Origin: an uncultured Chthonomonadaceae bacterium
GTDB taxonomy: Bacteria > Armatimonadota > Chthonomonadetes > Chthonomonadales > Chthonomonadaceae
DNA length: 64,000 nt
Direction: 5' to 3'
Assembly: GCA_963835065.1 (NCBI GenBank)
Contig: CAWIEK010000009.1
Span: 119,436-183,435, forward strand
The notes under the pieces are model-generated. The model ran no database searches. It worked only from the letters and a program-made list of their open reading frames with translations, and was not told where the DNA came from. Of the stretch, positions 1 through 9,776 are shown in pieces (the first letter of the stretch is position 1; the number at the start of each line of letters is the position of its first letter). The translations under genes and the position numbers were made by a program.

Positions 1-1
1 G

Positions 2-211
2 GTACCCGGCTACGCGCCCGGCAACACCATCATTCGCAAAGTTTCCGCCTGCCCCGAGTGTACGTTATACGTGTGCCGCCACAACAGCGCGTGTCTGCGC
101 CAAATCACCGCGCAGGAAGTGGCACAGGCGGTTCATAATCATTTGCGCGTTTCCCCGACTGCTCCACCTTCGCATACTTCACCACTTGTTCTTAACCTTA
201 CTTCGGGGTAA
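2..211 (+). CDS. 3' end of a probable GT9 (heptosyltransferase-like) glycosyltransferase, cut by the window edge
   Basis: Frame 2 reads ...SACPECTLYVCRHNSACLRQITAQEVAQAV...*, the Cys-rich CxxC...C...CLxxI...V tail typical of GT9 C-termini. Confidence 0.55.
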   Translation, partial: VPGYAPGNTIIRKVSACPECTLYVCRHNSACLRQITAQEVAQAVHNHLRVSPTAPPSHTSPLVLNLTSG

Positions 212-256
212 AATAGCAGAAGAATTTCTGCATGGCCTGTGAAAGTGGTGTAAACG

Positions 257-1756
257 TTGAACGCGCAAACTTTTTTGTCGGCACAATGGAACCATCAGCG
301 CGTCACGATTGGCCTGACGCCGCCCGATGAATTGCGGCGCTTGTCTAATGCCCGCCTGCTGACGTGTCCCGGCTGCGGTTCGCCCGTCATTCTCCACGCG
401 GGAAGCGTCCGCGCCCACCACTTCGCGCACCTGCCCGGAGCCGTCTGCTCCGCCCCGCAAACCGAACCCGAAACGGAAGAACACCGCGCGGGCAAACTGC
501 TCCTCGCCCAATGGCTGCGCGCCTGCCTCCCGGACGCCGATATTGTCGTGGAAGCCCACATTCCCGAAACCAACCAGCGCGCCGATATTCTTGTTGTTCT
601 TTCGCCCCACCAGCCACGCCTCAATTTCAATGCGCAAACGTTCCCGGTACGCGACCCCGCAACGTCCGCCGTCAATACGCCGTCCACTGCCAACGCGCCT
701 CACGTACAAGACAGAACCAATGGCCGAGTTGTTGCGCCCGCCGTCACCAAATCACAGCGTATTGCTATTGAATACCAGTGCGCCAACATGCCGGCTAAAG
801 AATGGCGCAGGCGGCATCAGCTTTATCGCAACGCGGGAATTCAAGATTTGTGGCTGCTCGGTGGCTCACGCCTGTTGCGCGAAGCGCCGCCCGCTGCCAA
901 CAGCGATACGAACGAAAATCCTAATGTAAACGCAAACCGCGCTGCGAACATAAAGCAAGATATTGGCAACACCCCTGCGGCAAATACTCCTGTCGCCCCC
1001 GCGCTGCCTTCCACCATCCTGCGCACCCACGAACTGGAACGCGGTTTGTTGTGGGACGGCGCACCGCTGCTGTTCCTCGACGCTATTGGCGAGCAGATTG
1101 CCATCGGCAGCCTTGCCCGCTTCCGCCCCCATCCCGACGCGCAGGCCATGCGTCCCGAAGGCCGTCTTGTCACCCGCGCCCTTCTCGATCTTCCTTTTCC
1201 CTTTGCGCTCCTCGACTGGCCCAGCGCCCTGCACCCGGAAGAACCGCTACAGGGAACAGGGAACAGGGAACAGGGAACAGGAAAAACCAACCACCAATCA
1301 CCAGCCACCAACCACCAACTCTGGCATTGGCTGGCGCAGCGGCATCGGGTCACGCCGGACACGCTGGATTCCTTTTTCGGCCTGCCGATTAAGAACGCGG
1401 ACGTTTTTGCCTGTGAAAACCGGGCCTGGCAAGCCGCCCTTTATTACCGCTTTATACATCGGCGCGTGGGAGACCGCTGGTGGCTCGGGGAAGTGGAAAC
1501 GTGGACGCGCGCTTATCTGCCCCTGACGTTTCCCGTCCATCTCAAGCGTCTCCAGTACGCGCTTGCCGAGTATCAGGAATTGCTTGCTGCCGGAGGGATG
1601 TTGTCCCTGCCGCGCGGCTACAATCGTGTCAACGCCATCGTCACCGCCGACCTGACCACCCTTCCCGAACCGCCCGACCCACAGGAAGTCCTTCGACTCG
1701 CCCGCTACCGCCGCACCCTCGCCCGCGAAGCCACTGCCGATTACGCCGCGAAATAA
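257..1756 (+). CDS. CoiA-like competence protein / PD-(D/E)xK nuclease with N-terminal Zn finger
   Basis: CPGCGSPV..HFAH..C..PETEEHRAGK, QRADIL, IAIEYQC and R..Y..AGIQDLWLLG motifs; TTG start. Confidence 0.75.
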   Translation: MNAQTFLSAQWNHQRVTIGLTPPDELRRLSNARLLTCPGCGSPVILHAGSVRAHHFAHLPGAVCSAPQTEPETEEHRAGKLLLAQWLRACLPDADIVVEAHIPETNQRADILVVLSPHQPRLNFNAQTFPVRDPATSAVNTPSTANAPHVQDRTNGRVVAPAVTKSQRIAIEYQCANMPAKEWRRRHQLYRNAGIQDLWLLGGSRLLREAPPAANSDTNENPNVNANRAANIKQDIGNTPAANTPVAPALPSTILRTHELERGLLWDGAPLLFLDAIGEQIAIGSLARFRPHPDAQAMRPEGRLVTRALLDLPFPFALLDWPSALHPEEPLQGTGNREQGTGKTNHQSPATNHQLWHWLAQRHRVTPDTLDSFFGLPIKNADVFACENRAWQAALYYRFIHRRVGDRWWLGEVETWTRAYLPLTFPVHLKRLQYALAEYQELLAAGGMLSLPRGYNRVNAIVTADLTTLPEPPDPQEVLRLARYRRTLAREATADYAAK

Positions 1757-1946
1757 ACTAACCACCCGCTGCGCTAGAGACACAGAGGCACAGAGAGGGA
1801 ACACAGAGGAAGAAAAGAAGAGAATAAACCTCTTTGCTTCCTTTGCCTCTTTGCGGTTCCTTTTCTTCTCCTTGTTCTCTTTTGTTTTTCTCGCATCGGT
1901 TTTTCCTCTGTGTCTCTGTGTCTCTAGCGCAGCGGGTGGTTAGTTT
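1755..1946. mobile_element. MITE-like palindromic element (period-9 ACACAGAG family), copy 1
   Basis: 33-bp perfect terminal inverted repeat AAACTAACCACCCGCTGCGCTAGAGACACAGAG around a purine-then-pyrimidine core; homologous copy at 51127-51332. Confidence 0.8.
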
Positions 1947-2980
1947 GCTTTGTTCTGGACGATGAGGAGCGCGCGTTTGGAGGTAATGACGTGGTTGTTG
2001 CGGTTGAGGGCGCGGACTTCGACGAGATGTTCGCCTTCCGTTTCGCGGCGCGTATCCCACTCGAAATTGAACGGCGGCACGTTTTGGGACGAAACAATCT
2101 GGCCGTCCACAACGTAAGTGACGTAAGCAATCGGGTCGGGTTCGCCGGGGGGAAGTTTGGCTTTCAGATTGAGGACTCCGGCTACGATAGAGCGGTGTTC
2201 CTGCCGGGCGCGCGCAAGCGATTGCGCCAGATACGCTTGTTCCAGCGCCGTCACGCGCTGCTGAAGCAGTTCAGGGCTAAGGGAGGTTGAGGGTTGAGGG
2301 TTGAGGGTTGAGGTACTGCCGATTGTGTTCCTACTGTTCCCTGTTCCCTGTTCCCTGTTCCCTATTTCCTGTTGTGGCCGCGCTACTACAATTACGATAG
2401 GCTCGTCCTGTTGGGGATCGTACAAGGTGGGAAAGGGGCGGAGCGCGCGGGGAGCGATTTCCAGTTTTACCGGCGCGTCGGGTGGCGGCGTCAGGTCGGC
2501 AAAAATGGCGGTATGAGGAGCGATATTGGTCATAATCGCGCCGGCTTCGCCCGCAGCAGGCATCGAGCCGCGTTTGCCGTTCGGAGATGAGAGCGCAGTC
2601 GGGCGTAATTTCAGGACTTGGCCCAAACTCACGGTAAAGGCAATCCCGTCGCCACTGCTGCGCAACACAATTCCGGGCGTTTCGGCGCTTCGTTCCAACT
2701 GCACAGTGGTCGCGGGGCGCGTCACGCGGCCAATCAGCGCATAATGCTGTCCCCCATCTACGCTGACGCTTATACGGCCCTGCATGGTATTTTCCACGCG
2801 AATCCGGTACGCTTCTTCGGAAGCAGTACGCCGGGGCGCAAGCGGAACCTCGTCCTGCGGCCCTTGCTGCGCATAACCGGGCAGGCACAACGCGGATAAC
2901 AACGTGAAAGACAGCATTGCCCAACAAACATGCCGAACGATTACGGAAATGGGTCGAATGGAAAATTGAAAAACGTTCAT
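1940..2980 (-). CDS. Secreted protein with C-terminal Ig-like domain (start uncertain)
   Basis: Signal-peptide-like LLSALCLPGYAQ; C-terminal YVVDG..PPFNFEWDT....GEHLVEVRA is Ig-fold-like. Confidence 0.6.
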   Translation of the reverse strand: MNVFQFSIRPISVIVRHVCWAMLSFTLLSALCLPGYAQQGPQDEVPLAPRRTASEEAYRIRVENTMQGRISVSVDGGQHYALIGRVTRPATTVQLERSAETPGIVLRSSGDGIAFTVSLGQVLKLRPTALSSPNGKRGSMPAAGEAGAIMTNIAPHTAIFADLTPPPDAPVKLEIAPRALRPFPTLYDPQQDEPIVIVVARPQQEIGNREQGTGNSRNTIGSTSTLNPQPSTSLSPELLQQRVTALEQAYLAQSLARARQEHRSIVAGVLNLKAKLPPGEPDPIAYVTYVVDGQIVSSQNVPPFNFEWDTRRETEGEHLVEVRALNRNNHVITSKRALLIVQNKAN

Positions 2981-3270
2981 GCGCTTTCTCAGAAACGGAA
3001 CAGCGAAGCAGAATAAACATTTTATCAATACTTGCTTCGCGTTTGAAATTACGAGCGGGAGGTAATCGCAGTATACCACGTCAGAAGGGTGTTAGGTATT
3101 GGGTATTAGGTGTTGGGCTTTTGTCCTTGCTTTCTCCTTTCTCCTTTTTCCTTTTTCCTTGCAGAAGGGTTTTTCGCGGCGATGTCGAACTTACCCCACA
3201 ATACTCTCCCGCGCCTGCTTACGCTGCTACCGTTTCTTTCATCCTGTCGGCGCAATTTCGGAGGCTTGCT

Positions 3271-4599
3271 ATGCAGATTGAGCTGCCCATTGATATTTTC
3301 ACGTTTCCCCATGTTCCCCTGCCCGCTGTTTGGACGGTGGAGCAAATTTATGACACGCCCGCACTGACTTCGGAGCAGATTACGGCTCAGGCGCGGCAGG
3401 CGGTGGATGCGCTTGTGGAGCGCAAGGGGCTTGCGTCCGGCGCGACGGTTGCCGTTGGCGTGGGCAGTCGCGGCCTGGACAATCTGGTGACGATTGTTTC
3501 CGCCGTAATCGCGCAGTTGAAAACGCGGGGGATGCAGCCGTTTGTGGTTCCCGCGATGGGCAGTCATGGCGGCGCGACGGCGGAGGGGCAAATTGACGTT
3601 CTGCACGGCTATGGCATCACGCCGGAAACCGTTGGCGCGGAAATACGGGCCACGATGGAAGTGAATCAGATCGGCGTTTTGGAGGGAGAAGACGCGGGCG
3701 AGTATGCCGGCCAGCCTGTATATTGTGACCGCAACGCTCTTGCCGCCGATGCCATTCTGTTAATCAACCGCATCAAGGCGCATACGGATTTCAGCGGCGA
3801 GTGGGAGTCGGGCATCGGCAAGATGAGCGTCATCGGGTTGGGCAAGCGGCACGGCGCGGAAAGCGTACACCGGTATGGAGCGCACGGCCTGCGGGACTTG
3901 ATCCCACGTCTTGCCCGTTATAACGCGCAGCATTTGCCCCTGATTGGCGGCATTGCCCTGATCGAAAACGAACTCGGCCATACGTCGGAACTTCACGCCC
4001 TGCTGCCCGACCAGATTGGACAAGACGGCGAACGACAGTTGTTGCAGCGCGCCCGCGCCATTGCGCCGCGCCTGCCCTTTGACGAACTGGACGCGCTGAT
4101 TATTGATGAAATGGGCAAAAACATCAGTGGCAGCGGCGTGGATACCCATGTTATCGGCAGGGGAACCATGCCCAGCGTTGCCGAACATACGTGGGGCGGG
4201 CCGGACATCCGCATAATTGCCGTACTGGATTTGACCGCCGCTTCGCACGGCAACGCCACCGCTTTCGGGCTGGCCGATCTGGTCACGCGCAAATTGATTG
4301 AGAAAACCGATTTTGCCGCCAGTTACATCAACATGCGTACCAGTGGCGAGGGCGGCGTCCTGCGGGGGCGATTGCCGCTCATTCAGCCGACGAGTGAGGA
4401 TTGCGTCCGTACCGCGTATGCCTGCTGCGGCAAAGCGGAACCCGATCAGGTACGCTTCGCCCGCATCCGCAGCACGGCGGACACGCAGTATTTGGAAGTT
4501 TCGTCTGCCCTGCTCGCAGAAGCGCGGCAAAATCCGCGTTTGCGCGTGGCTGCCGAGTCGCATCCGCTCGATCTTTGCCAACCCGTCCGCCCGTACTGA
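3271..4599 (+). CDS. LarA/DUF2088/DUF362-like (lactate racemase-domain) protein
   Basis: VAVGVGSRG, PAMGSHGGATAEGQ, INRIKAHTDF, GKNISGSGVD, SHGNA motifs; GGAGG RBS before ATG 3271. Confidence 0.75.
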   Translation: MQIELPIDIFTFPHVPLPAVWTVEQIYDTPALTSEQITAQARQAVDALVERKGLASGATVAVGVGSRGLDNLVTIVSAVIAQLKTRGMQPFVVPAMGSHGGATAEGQIDVLHGYGITPETVGAEIRATMEVNQIGVLEGEDAGEYAGQPVYCDRNALAADAILLINRIKAHTDFSGEWESGIGKMSVIGLGKRHGAESVHRYGAHGLRDLIPRLARYNAQHLPLIGGIALIENELGHTSELHALLPDQIGQDGERQLLQRARAIAPRLPFDELDALIIDEMGKNISGSGVDTHVIGRGTMPSVAEHTWGGPDIRIIAVLDLTAASHGNATAFGLADLVTRKLIEKTDFAASYINMRTSGEGGVLRGRLPLIQPTSEDCVRTAYACCGKAEPDQVRFARIRSTADTQYLEVSSALLAEARQNPRLRVAAESHPLDLCQPVRPY

Positions 4600-4633
4600 T
4601 TTACCTTCGCTCGTGTCATGAGGCAATACCATC

Positions 4634-5749
4634 ATGCAGCAGCGCCTTGTCGCATCTGAAACCGCTTCGCATCCCTTGCCGTATACGCCTTTGCAGACGG
4701 AAGCCGGAACCGTGTCGTCGGGGGAACGCTTGCCGGTCACGCCCGAAGAAAAGCGCAAAATGCAGCAGCGCATCCGGCGCGTCCGGCGGCGCAGCCTGCT
4801 GACGCCGGACGTACTGGCGCAACTGGGGCAATCGCGCCTGCCAACCCAAACCCTCCACGCCCTGCTGACGATGCTGGAAGGGCCGTTTGAGGAGCATTGG
4901 GAGGAGCGCACTGCCGCAGTGTGGGCGCTCGGCCTGGCGCATCTGACGCCACGCCAACAGCAGACCGTCAGTTACGCGCTGTGCCATGTTCTGCGCCGCA
5001 AAATGCTGACAGGGCGAGTTCACAAAGAGCGCTGGATAGACCCGCCCCTTGTGCTGGTCGCCATGCCCTGCCTGCTGTGCTGGTTGTTTGCCCTGCTCGC
5101 GCATACCTCGGAAGCGCAGGGCAGCCCGGTTGTTTTTCAGGCGGGCGCGCTATTCGGCAGCGTTTACATTGCGCAGCGGTTCAACCAATCTCTCAAAACA
5201 TCCGCGCTTATTCGTGACAATCGCTTGCGCGCAACGGCGGCAACGGCGTTAGGGCGCATCGGCAGTACGCATAGTATCGCCACTTTAGCCCGCGCCGCCC
5301 TGGACGGCAATACCAGCGTTCGCCATGCGGCCGTGCCGGCGCTGCAAGCCTGTCTTGCCAATCTGACGCCCGCGTATCCCGGCGAACTGGAAGCCGACGT
5401 AATCCCCAACCTGTGCCGCCTGCTGGAACGGGCGCGCGAACAATTGACCCACAACAGCGCGCGGGCATCCGAACTGGCGCTGAGTATTCTGGACGCGCTG
5501 ACGATCATTGGGGATGGCCGCGCCGCGTCTACGGTCAGCAATCTCATCAATACGGGGTGGACAGCCCCGGTCAACCGTGCCGCCAAAGACCTGCTTCCCC
5601 TGCTCCTGGCTCGTCAACAGCAGGAAACCGATCAGCGCGTGTTGTTGCGCGGCGCGGCCACGCCCAGTGATACGCCCCAAACCCTGCTGCGCCCCATCGA
5701 AACCGATGGCAGCGAAGATCAGCAGCACACACTATTGCGTCCCTTGTAA
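4634..5749 (+). CDS. Membrane protein with HEAT/PBS-lyase-like repeats and triple LLR tail (paralogue 1)
   Basis: WEERTAAVWALG, two hydrophobic helices, RATAATALGRIG, ILDALTIIGDGRA. Confidence 0.7.
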   Translation: MQQRLVASETASHPLPYTPLQTEAGTVSSGERLPVTPEEKRKMQQRIRRVRRRSLLTPDVLAQLGQSRLPTQTLHALLTMLEGPFEEHWEERTAAVWALGLAHLTPRQQQTVSYALCHVLRRKMLTGRVHKERWIDPPLVLVAMPCLLCWLFALLAHTSEAQGSPVVFQAGALFGSVYIAQRFNQSLKTSALIRDNRLRATAATALGRIGSTHSIATLARAALDGNTSVRHAAVPALQACLANLTPAYPGELEADVIPNLCRLLERAREQLTHNSARASELALSILDALTIIGDGRAASTVSNLINTGWTAPVNRAAKDLLPLLLARQQQETDQRVLLRGAATPSDTPQTLLRPIETDGSEDQQHTLLRPL

Positions 5750-5757
5750 TTTCACCA

Positions 5758-5911
5758 ACCGGACGCTTGGTTCCGGGTATTGAAAATACCCGGCAGGAAA
5801 GTACAAGCGTCCTGCGGACGCGGGAATCTTTATACAGAGTTGCGTCCGCAGGACGCTTGGCGGAACGCCACCGAGACGGGTATTTTCAATGCCCGGAACC
5901 AAGCGTCCGGT
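5758..5911. repeat. REPIN-like palindromic element, family B
   Basis: 35-bp arms (ACCGGACGCTTGGTTCCGGGTATTGAAAATACCCG, 1 mismatch) plus inner GCGTCCTGCGGACGC hairpins; homologue at 30764-30884. Confidence 0.8.
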
Positions 5912-5929
5912 AGTGAATACCAACCCAAC

Positions 5930-7147
5930 ATGCAGCACCAGCATATACAAGAAGAAGCGCGCGAGTTCAGCCTGCCTCCTGATACAGGGGGGCTGCGTAC
6001 TATGCCGCCGGATGTGTCGGCAGATGCTGCAGCTTGCCTGAACATGGAAACGGAAACACAGGCTAAAAATGATCCTTTGATTTCAGAAGTATTACCAATC
6101 GAAACACGCCAACAAACGCCGTTTATTCAGAAGTTGCGGCGTAAATTGTTCCGGCGCTCCTTTCCGTCCATGCCGCAAGCGTACTCGGAAAATCCCAGCC
6201 CGCTTGACGCGCAAAAGTTCAGTGCGGCATTGACCGCATTATGTAACCCCGCGCCCAGCGCCTGGCGCGAACGCATGTATTGCGCCTGGCTGCTTGGTCA
6301 TGCGCCCCTGACACCCGCACAGCAACTTGAAGCAACCCGCGCTTTAGGCAGCGAGGTACAATTCCGCTATGTATCCCGTTACGACCGGTTTCGTGCCCAC
6401 TTACGAAGAGTAGAGTATCAAACGCTGCCATTGGCTGTCATCAGCGCTCTATGGATTACTCTGCCAATTATCCGGCACGGTACTCATCATCATACTACGC
6501 TTGATCTATCTACGTCTGTATTCATGGTTGCCGGTATGTTTTTGGCGCTGTATGTCTCTCTTTTTCCAAGTGTCTTTCTGCTTTCCGCGCTTCTAAACAT
6601 GCGCCGCGTCAACAGTGTGCGCGTTGCCGCGATTCTGGCTTTGGCGCGTTTGCGCGCGCCGGAAGCTATCGGGCCACTTTCCCGCGCCGCTCTGGATGTC
6701 AGTCATGGCATACGAGTCGTGGCGGAGGAGAGCCTCCGCCAATGCCTGCCGCAGATTACGCCTGACCACTATGGGCGACTGGATGCGGATACGGTTCCCG
6801 CCCTGTGCAAACTGCTGGATGTTAAAAAAGAGCGGTTGTTTGCCGGACACCTGCATACCGAGCAACTGGTGCTGGATGTATTAGACGCATTGGGCAAAAT
6901 CGGCGATGGCAGCGCTGTGCGACATGTGGAAAGCGTAGCCGAGGATGGCTGGACGTCGTCTGCGCGCGACGCCGCCCGCCAAATCCTGCCCCTTCTGCGC
7001 CAGCGCCAACAGCAGGAAAACGAACTCCGCCTCCTCCTGCGCGGCTCCACGCCACCCCCGACTTCCCCCGACCAGCTTCTGCGCCCCACCCTGCCCACTC
7101 CCCACACTGCGCCTGAACTACTATTAAGATCAGGGAGTAGGGAGTAG
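5930..7147 (+). CDS. Membrane protein with HEAT-like repeats and triple LLR tail (paralogue 2; start uncertain)
   Basis: WRERMYCAWLLG, TM pair, RVAAILALARL, VLDALGKIGDGSA; collinear with 4634-5749. Confidence 0.7.
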   Translation: MQHQHIQEEAREFSLPPDTGGLRTMPPDVSADAAACLNMETETQAKNDPLISEVLPIETRQQTPFIQKLRRKLFRRSFPSMPQAYSENPSPLDAQKFSAALTALCNPAPSAWRERMYCAWLLGHAPLTPAQQLEATRALGSEVQFRYVSRYDRFRAHLRRVEYQTLPLAVISALWITLPIIRHGTHHHTTLDLSTSVFMVAGMFLALYVSLFPSVFLLSALLNMRRVNSVRVAAILALARLRAPEAIGPLSRAALDVSHGIRVVAEESLRQCLPQITPDHYGRLDADTVPALCKLLDVKKERLFAGHLHTEQLVLDVLDALGKIGDGSAVRHVESVAEDGWTSSARDAARQILPLLRQRQQQENELRLLLRGSTPPPTSPDQLLRPTLPTPHTAPELLLRSGSRE

Positions 7148-7229
7148 GGAGTAGATATTAGGCATTAGATGCAAGGCAGAAGACAGAAGGCACTTGTGCC
7201 TAATGCCTAATGCCTAATGCCTAATGCCT
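7132..7229. repeat. Heptamer tandem repeats (AGGGAGT x3, AGGCATT, GCCTAAT x4) forming a terminator-like fold-back
   Basis: Read directly downstream of the 7147 stop. Confidence 0.75.
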
Positions 7230-7230
7230 C

Positions 7231-7259
7231 TTGACAAGCCTCGGAATCCGATGTATACT
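7231..7259 (+). promoter_or_regulatory. Sigma70-type promoter of the padR operon
   Basis: TTGACA-N17-TATACT, then AAGGAG RBS. Confidence 0.75.
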
Positions 7260-7290
7260 ATAATCCAATGCAAGGCGCTAAGGAGCAAGA

Positions 7291-7722
7291 ATGGACGAGG
7301 AGCGGGAACTGCTCAAAGGAAATACGCCCACGCTGGTACTGGCCGTTCTTAAGGACGCGCCCCGACACGGCTACGGCATTGCCCGCGAAATCGAGCGGCG
7401 CAGCGACAACGCCTTGAAGTTCAAGGAAGGAACGCTTTACCCCGCGCTGCACGCTCTGGAACGCGAAGGGCTGATTGTCGGCGCGTGGGAAAAAGAACCC
7501 GGCGGGCGCGAACGCAAAGTGTACCGCATCACGCCGCAGGGATTGGCCGCCTTAGCGCGGCGCGCGCAAACGTGGAACGCCTTCGCCAACGCCGTGCAAA
7601 GCGTGATTGCGGGCAGTCCACAGGGAGACCAACATGCAGGAACACCATCAGCAGCAGGAACCGGAACAACAAACGTATTCCCCATCCCCGGTCTCCGGCC
7701 CCATCCTGAACCCACCGGCTGA
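7291..7722 (+). CDS. PadR family transcriptional regulator
   Basis: LLKGN..LVLAVL...PRHGYGIAREI, EGTLYPALHALE, RKVYRITPQG. Confidence 0.92.
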   Translation: MDEERELLKGNTPTLVLAVLKDAPRHGYGIAREIERRSDNALKFKEGTLYPALHALEREGLIVGAWEKEPGGRERKVYRITPQGLAALARRAQTWNAFANAVQSVIAGSPQGDQHAGTPSAAGTGTTNVFPIPGLRPHPEPTG

Positions 7723-8452
7723 TACCGGCGCTACAGACGCGCTGCTGGACGCTTATCTGGATTCGATCTGCGCCAATCTGCCGCCCGAAGTGGATTCGGA
7801 TGCCGCGCAGGATATGCGCCGTGAAATGCGCGGGCATTTGCAGGCGGCAGTGGTTGCCGGGCAGGAATTGGGCTACGCGCCGGAACAGTCTGTAGAACAT
7901 GCGTTCGCCCAATTCGGCAAGCCGCAGGTTGTGGCGCGGCAATGGCAGGAAGAGTGGGAAACAACGCTTACGGCAACAAAGGCTGTTCCCTTCCTGCCCT
8001 CGCTGAAGCTGGCGTCGAAAATGTGGGCGGTTTCGGGAGGCATGGCAGTTGCCGCCGGCGCGATTCTGATGATGCTGATTTTAACACAGCCTGAGTCACC
8101 CTTGCGTCTTCCCCTGATGTTTTCGATCTTTTTCGGACCACCGCTCGTGTCGGGAACGATCATCGGAATGCGAGCGCGCCGCCATCCGGTTCTTGCCACG
8201 CTGGCGGGCTATGCCCTGCTGCTTCCATTCCTTATTGTGGGGTTTATCGGCGTCAACGCCTGCCAAGCCCCTTATGTCAGTTGGCTGACAGGCAAAACCT
8301 TCACGTATCCATTCGGCTTGTCCGTTGAGGCAGGTATTCGCAGCGCGCTGTCCTTCATGCCGCTGTGGATTATTCTCAGCGCTTTCAGTTCGGGCATGGT
8401 GACACTGGCCCGCCGCTACAAAACGCGCGCCCGTCGGCAAATCGCGCGCTGA
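7634..8452 (+). CDS. PadR-associated membrane protein with permease-prefix (HAAS-like) domain
   Basis: LDAYLDSI...EMRGHL...A.AQFGKP..VARQW followed by about 4 TM helices; GGAG RBS before ATG 7634. Confidence 0.7.
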   Translation: MQEHHQQQEPEQQTYSPSPVSGPILNPPADTGATDALLDAYLDSICANLPPEVDSDAAQDMRREMRGHLQAAVVAGQELGYAPEQSVEHAFAQFGKPQVVARQWQEEWETTLTATKAVPFLPSLKLASKMWAVSGGMAVAAGAILMMLILTQPESPLRLPLMFSIFFGPPLVSGTIIGMRARRHPVLATLAGYALLLPFLIVGFIGVNACQAPYVSWLTGKTFTYPFGLSVEAGIRSALSFMPLWIILSAFSSGMVTLARRYKTRARRQIAR

Positions 8453-8582
8453 ATAAGTGAAGTAGAGAATGTTGAGAGGAAATCCGATTTTCCGTGTCGA
8501 ATGATAACAGGGTTGTTCGATAACATTGCGCCCTGTAATTTTAACACGCTGCCCACGCAAGGGGCAGAAAGGAAATAGTTGG

Positions 8583-9353
8583 ATGAAGGAAGCAATAAGC
8601 CGCCGCGCGTTAATCGGCGGAGGATTGGCGCTGGCCGGCGGGCTGCTGGCCGGGGAAAGCGCGGACGCGGCTCCCAAAGCCAAGCGCAAAGTAGTGGTCT
8701 GGTCGGAGGGAACCGCGCCGAAGAACGTCTATCCCGATGATATTAACACAGCCATCGCGGAAGGATTGAAGCCGCTCAAAGGCTGGGACGTGACAATCGC
8801 CAACCTCAAAGACGCCGATCAAGGCTTGCCCGACGAACTGCTCAACAACACTTCGGTGCTGATCTGGTGGGGACACCAGAAACACGGCGATGTGAAGGAT
8901 GAACTGGTACAGCGCATCGTGAAGCGCGTCAAGGACGACGGCATGGGCTTTATTGCCACCCATTCCGCGCACTATTCCAAGCCGCTCAAAGCCATCTTGG
9001 GCACGAACTGCGGATGGAAATACTACATTGATGATGGCGCGCCCGTGGAACTGATCGTGAAAGCGCCCAAGCACCCGATTGCCAAAGGCGTGAAGGACTT
9101 TTTGGTTCCCAAAACCGAGCGTTACGGCGATCCGTTCGAGGTTCCCACGCCGGATACGCTGATTTTTGACGGCGTTTACACGCTCAAAGACGGCAAAAAA
9201 GAGAACGCGCAGCAGGGCATGGTGTGGCAGGCGGGCGCAGGCCGCGTGTTTTATTTCCAGCCCGGCCACGAAGCGTACCCCATCTACTTCATGGAAGAAA
9301 TACGCCATATTTTCCGCAACGGCGTCGAGTGGTGCGCCAACAACAAAAAGTAG
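8583..9353 (+). CDS. ThuA-like (class I glutamine amidotransferase-like) protein with Tat signal
   Basis: SRRALIGG Tat motif; VLIWWGH..HGDV, HSAHYSK, GRVFYFQPGHEAYP. Confidence 0.85.
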   Translation: MKEAISRRALIGGGLALAGGLLAGESADAAPKAKRKVVVWSEGTAPKNVYPDDINTAIAEGLKPLKGWDVTIANLKDADQGLPDELLNNTSVLIWWGHQKHGDVKDELVQRIVKRVKDDGMGFIATHSAHYSKPLKAILGTNCGWKYYIDDGAPVELIVKAPKHPIAKGVKDFLVPKTERYGDPFEVPTPDTLIFDGVYTLKDGKKENAQQGMVWQAGAGRVFYFQPGHEAYPIYFMEEIRHIFRNGVEWCANNKK

Positions 9354-9370
9354 CGTTTCCTATAACATGC

Positions 9371-9416
9371 AAAAGCGCCTCGTTCCTTTCCAGAAGAAAA
9401 GAACGAGGCACTTTTT
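9371..9416. terminator. Bidirectional intrinsic terminator
   Basis: AAAAGCGCCTCGTTC...GAACGAGGCACTTTTT between convergent genes. Confidence 0.7.
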
Positions 9417-9454
9417 GTTACCGGCTGCGCCGACTTCAAGTATGAAGCGCGCTC

Positions 9455-9688
9455 TTACTTAACGGAAGGAACGCTTTCCGGCGGCGCGCCGGAAGGCCCC
9501 ATTTTACTCTGCGCGGCTGCCTTTTGCTTGGCGATAGCGGCGGCGGCGTCCGGCGACATCTGGCCGGTGCCTTTGAAGTTTTGTTCTTCCTGCTTGGTCA
9601 TTTCGGACTTTTCACTGCATCCGAGAACCGCGCCGCCAAGAAGAGCAGACAAGCAAAAAACCGCGACGTATCTGTGTGACTTGTGCAT
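9455..9688 (-). CDS. Small lipoprotein downstream of DUF1559 gene
   Basis: Lipobox AVLG-C; GAGGA RBS. Confidence 0.7.
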   Translation of the reverse strand: MHKSHRYVAVFCLSALLGGAVLGCSEKSEMTKQEEQNFKGTGQMSPDAAAAIAKQKAAAQSKMGPSGAPPESVPSVK

Positions 9689-9776
9689 GTCCTGGATTCC
9701 TCGTTTACGCTCTCGCGGCAACCGTTGTCGCGAGAGCGTGATGTTTGACAATGTTTCTGAGGGTATGCAAACGCGG

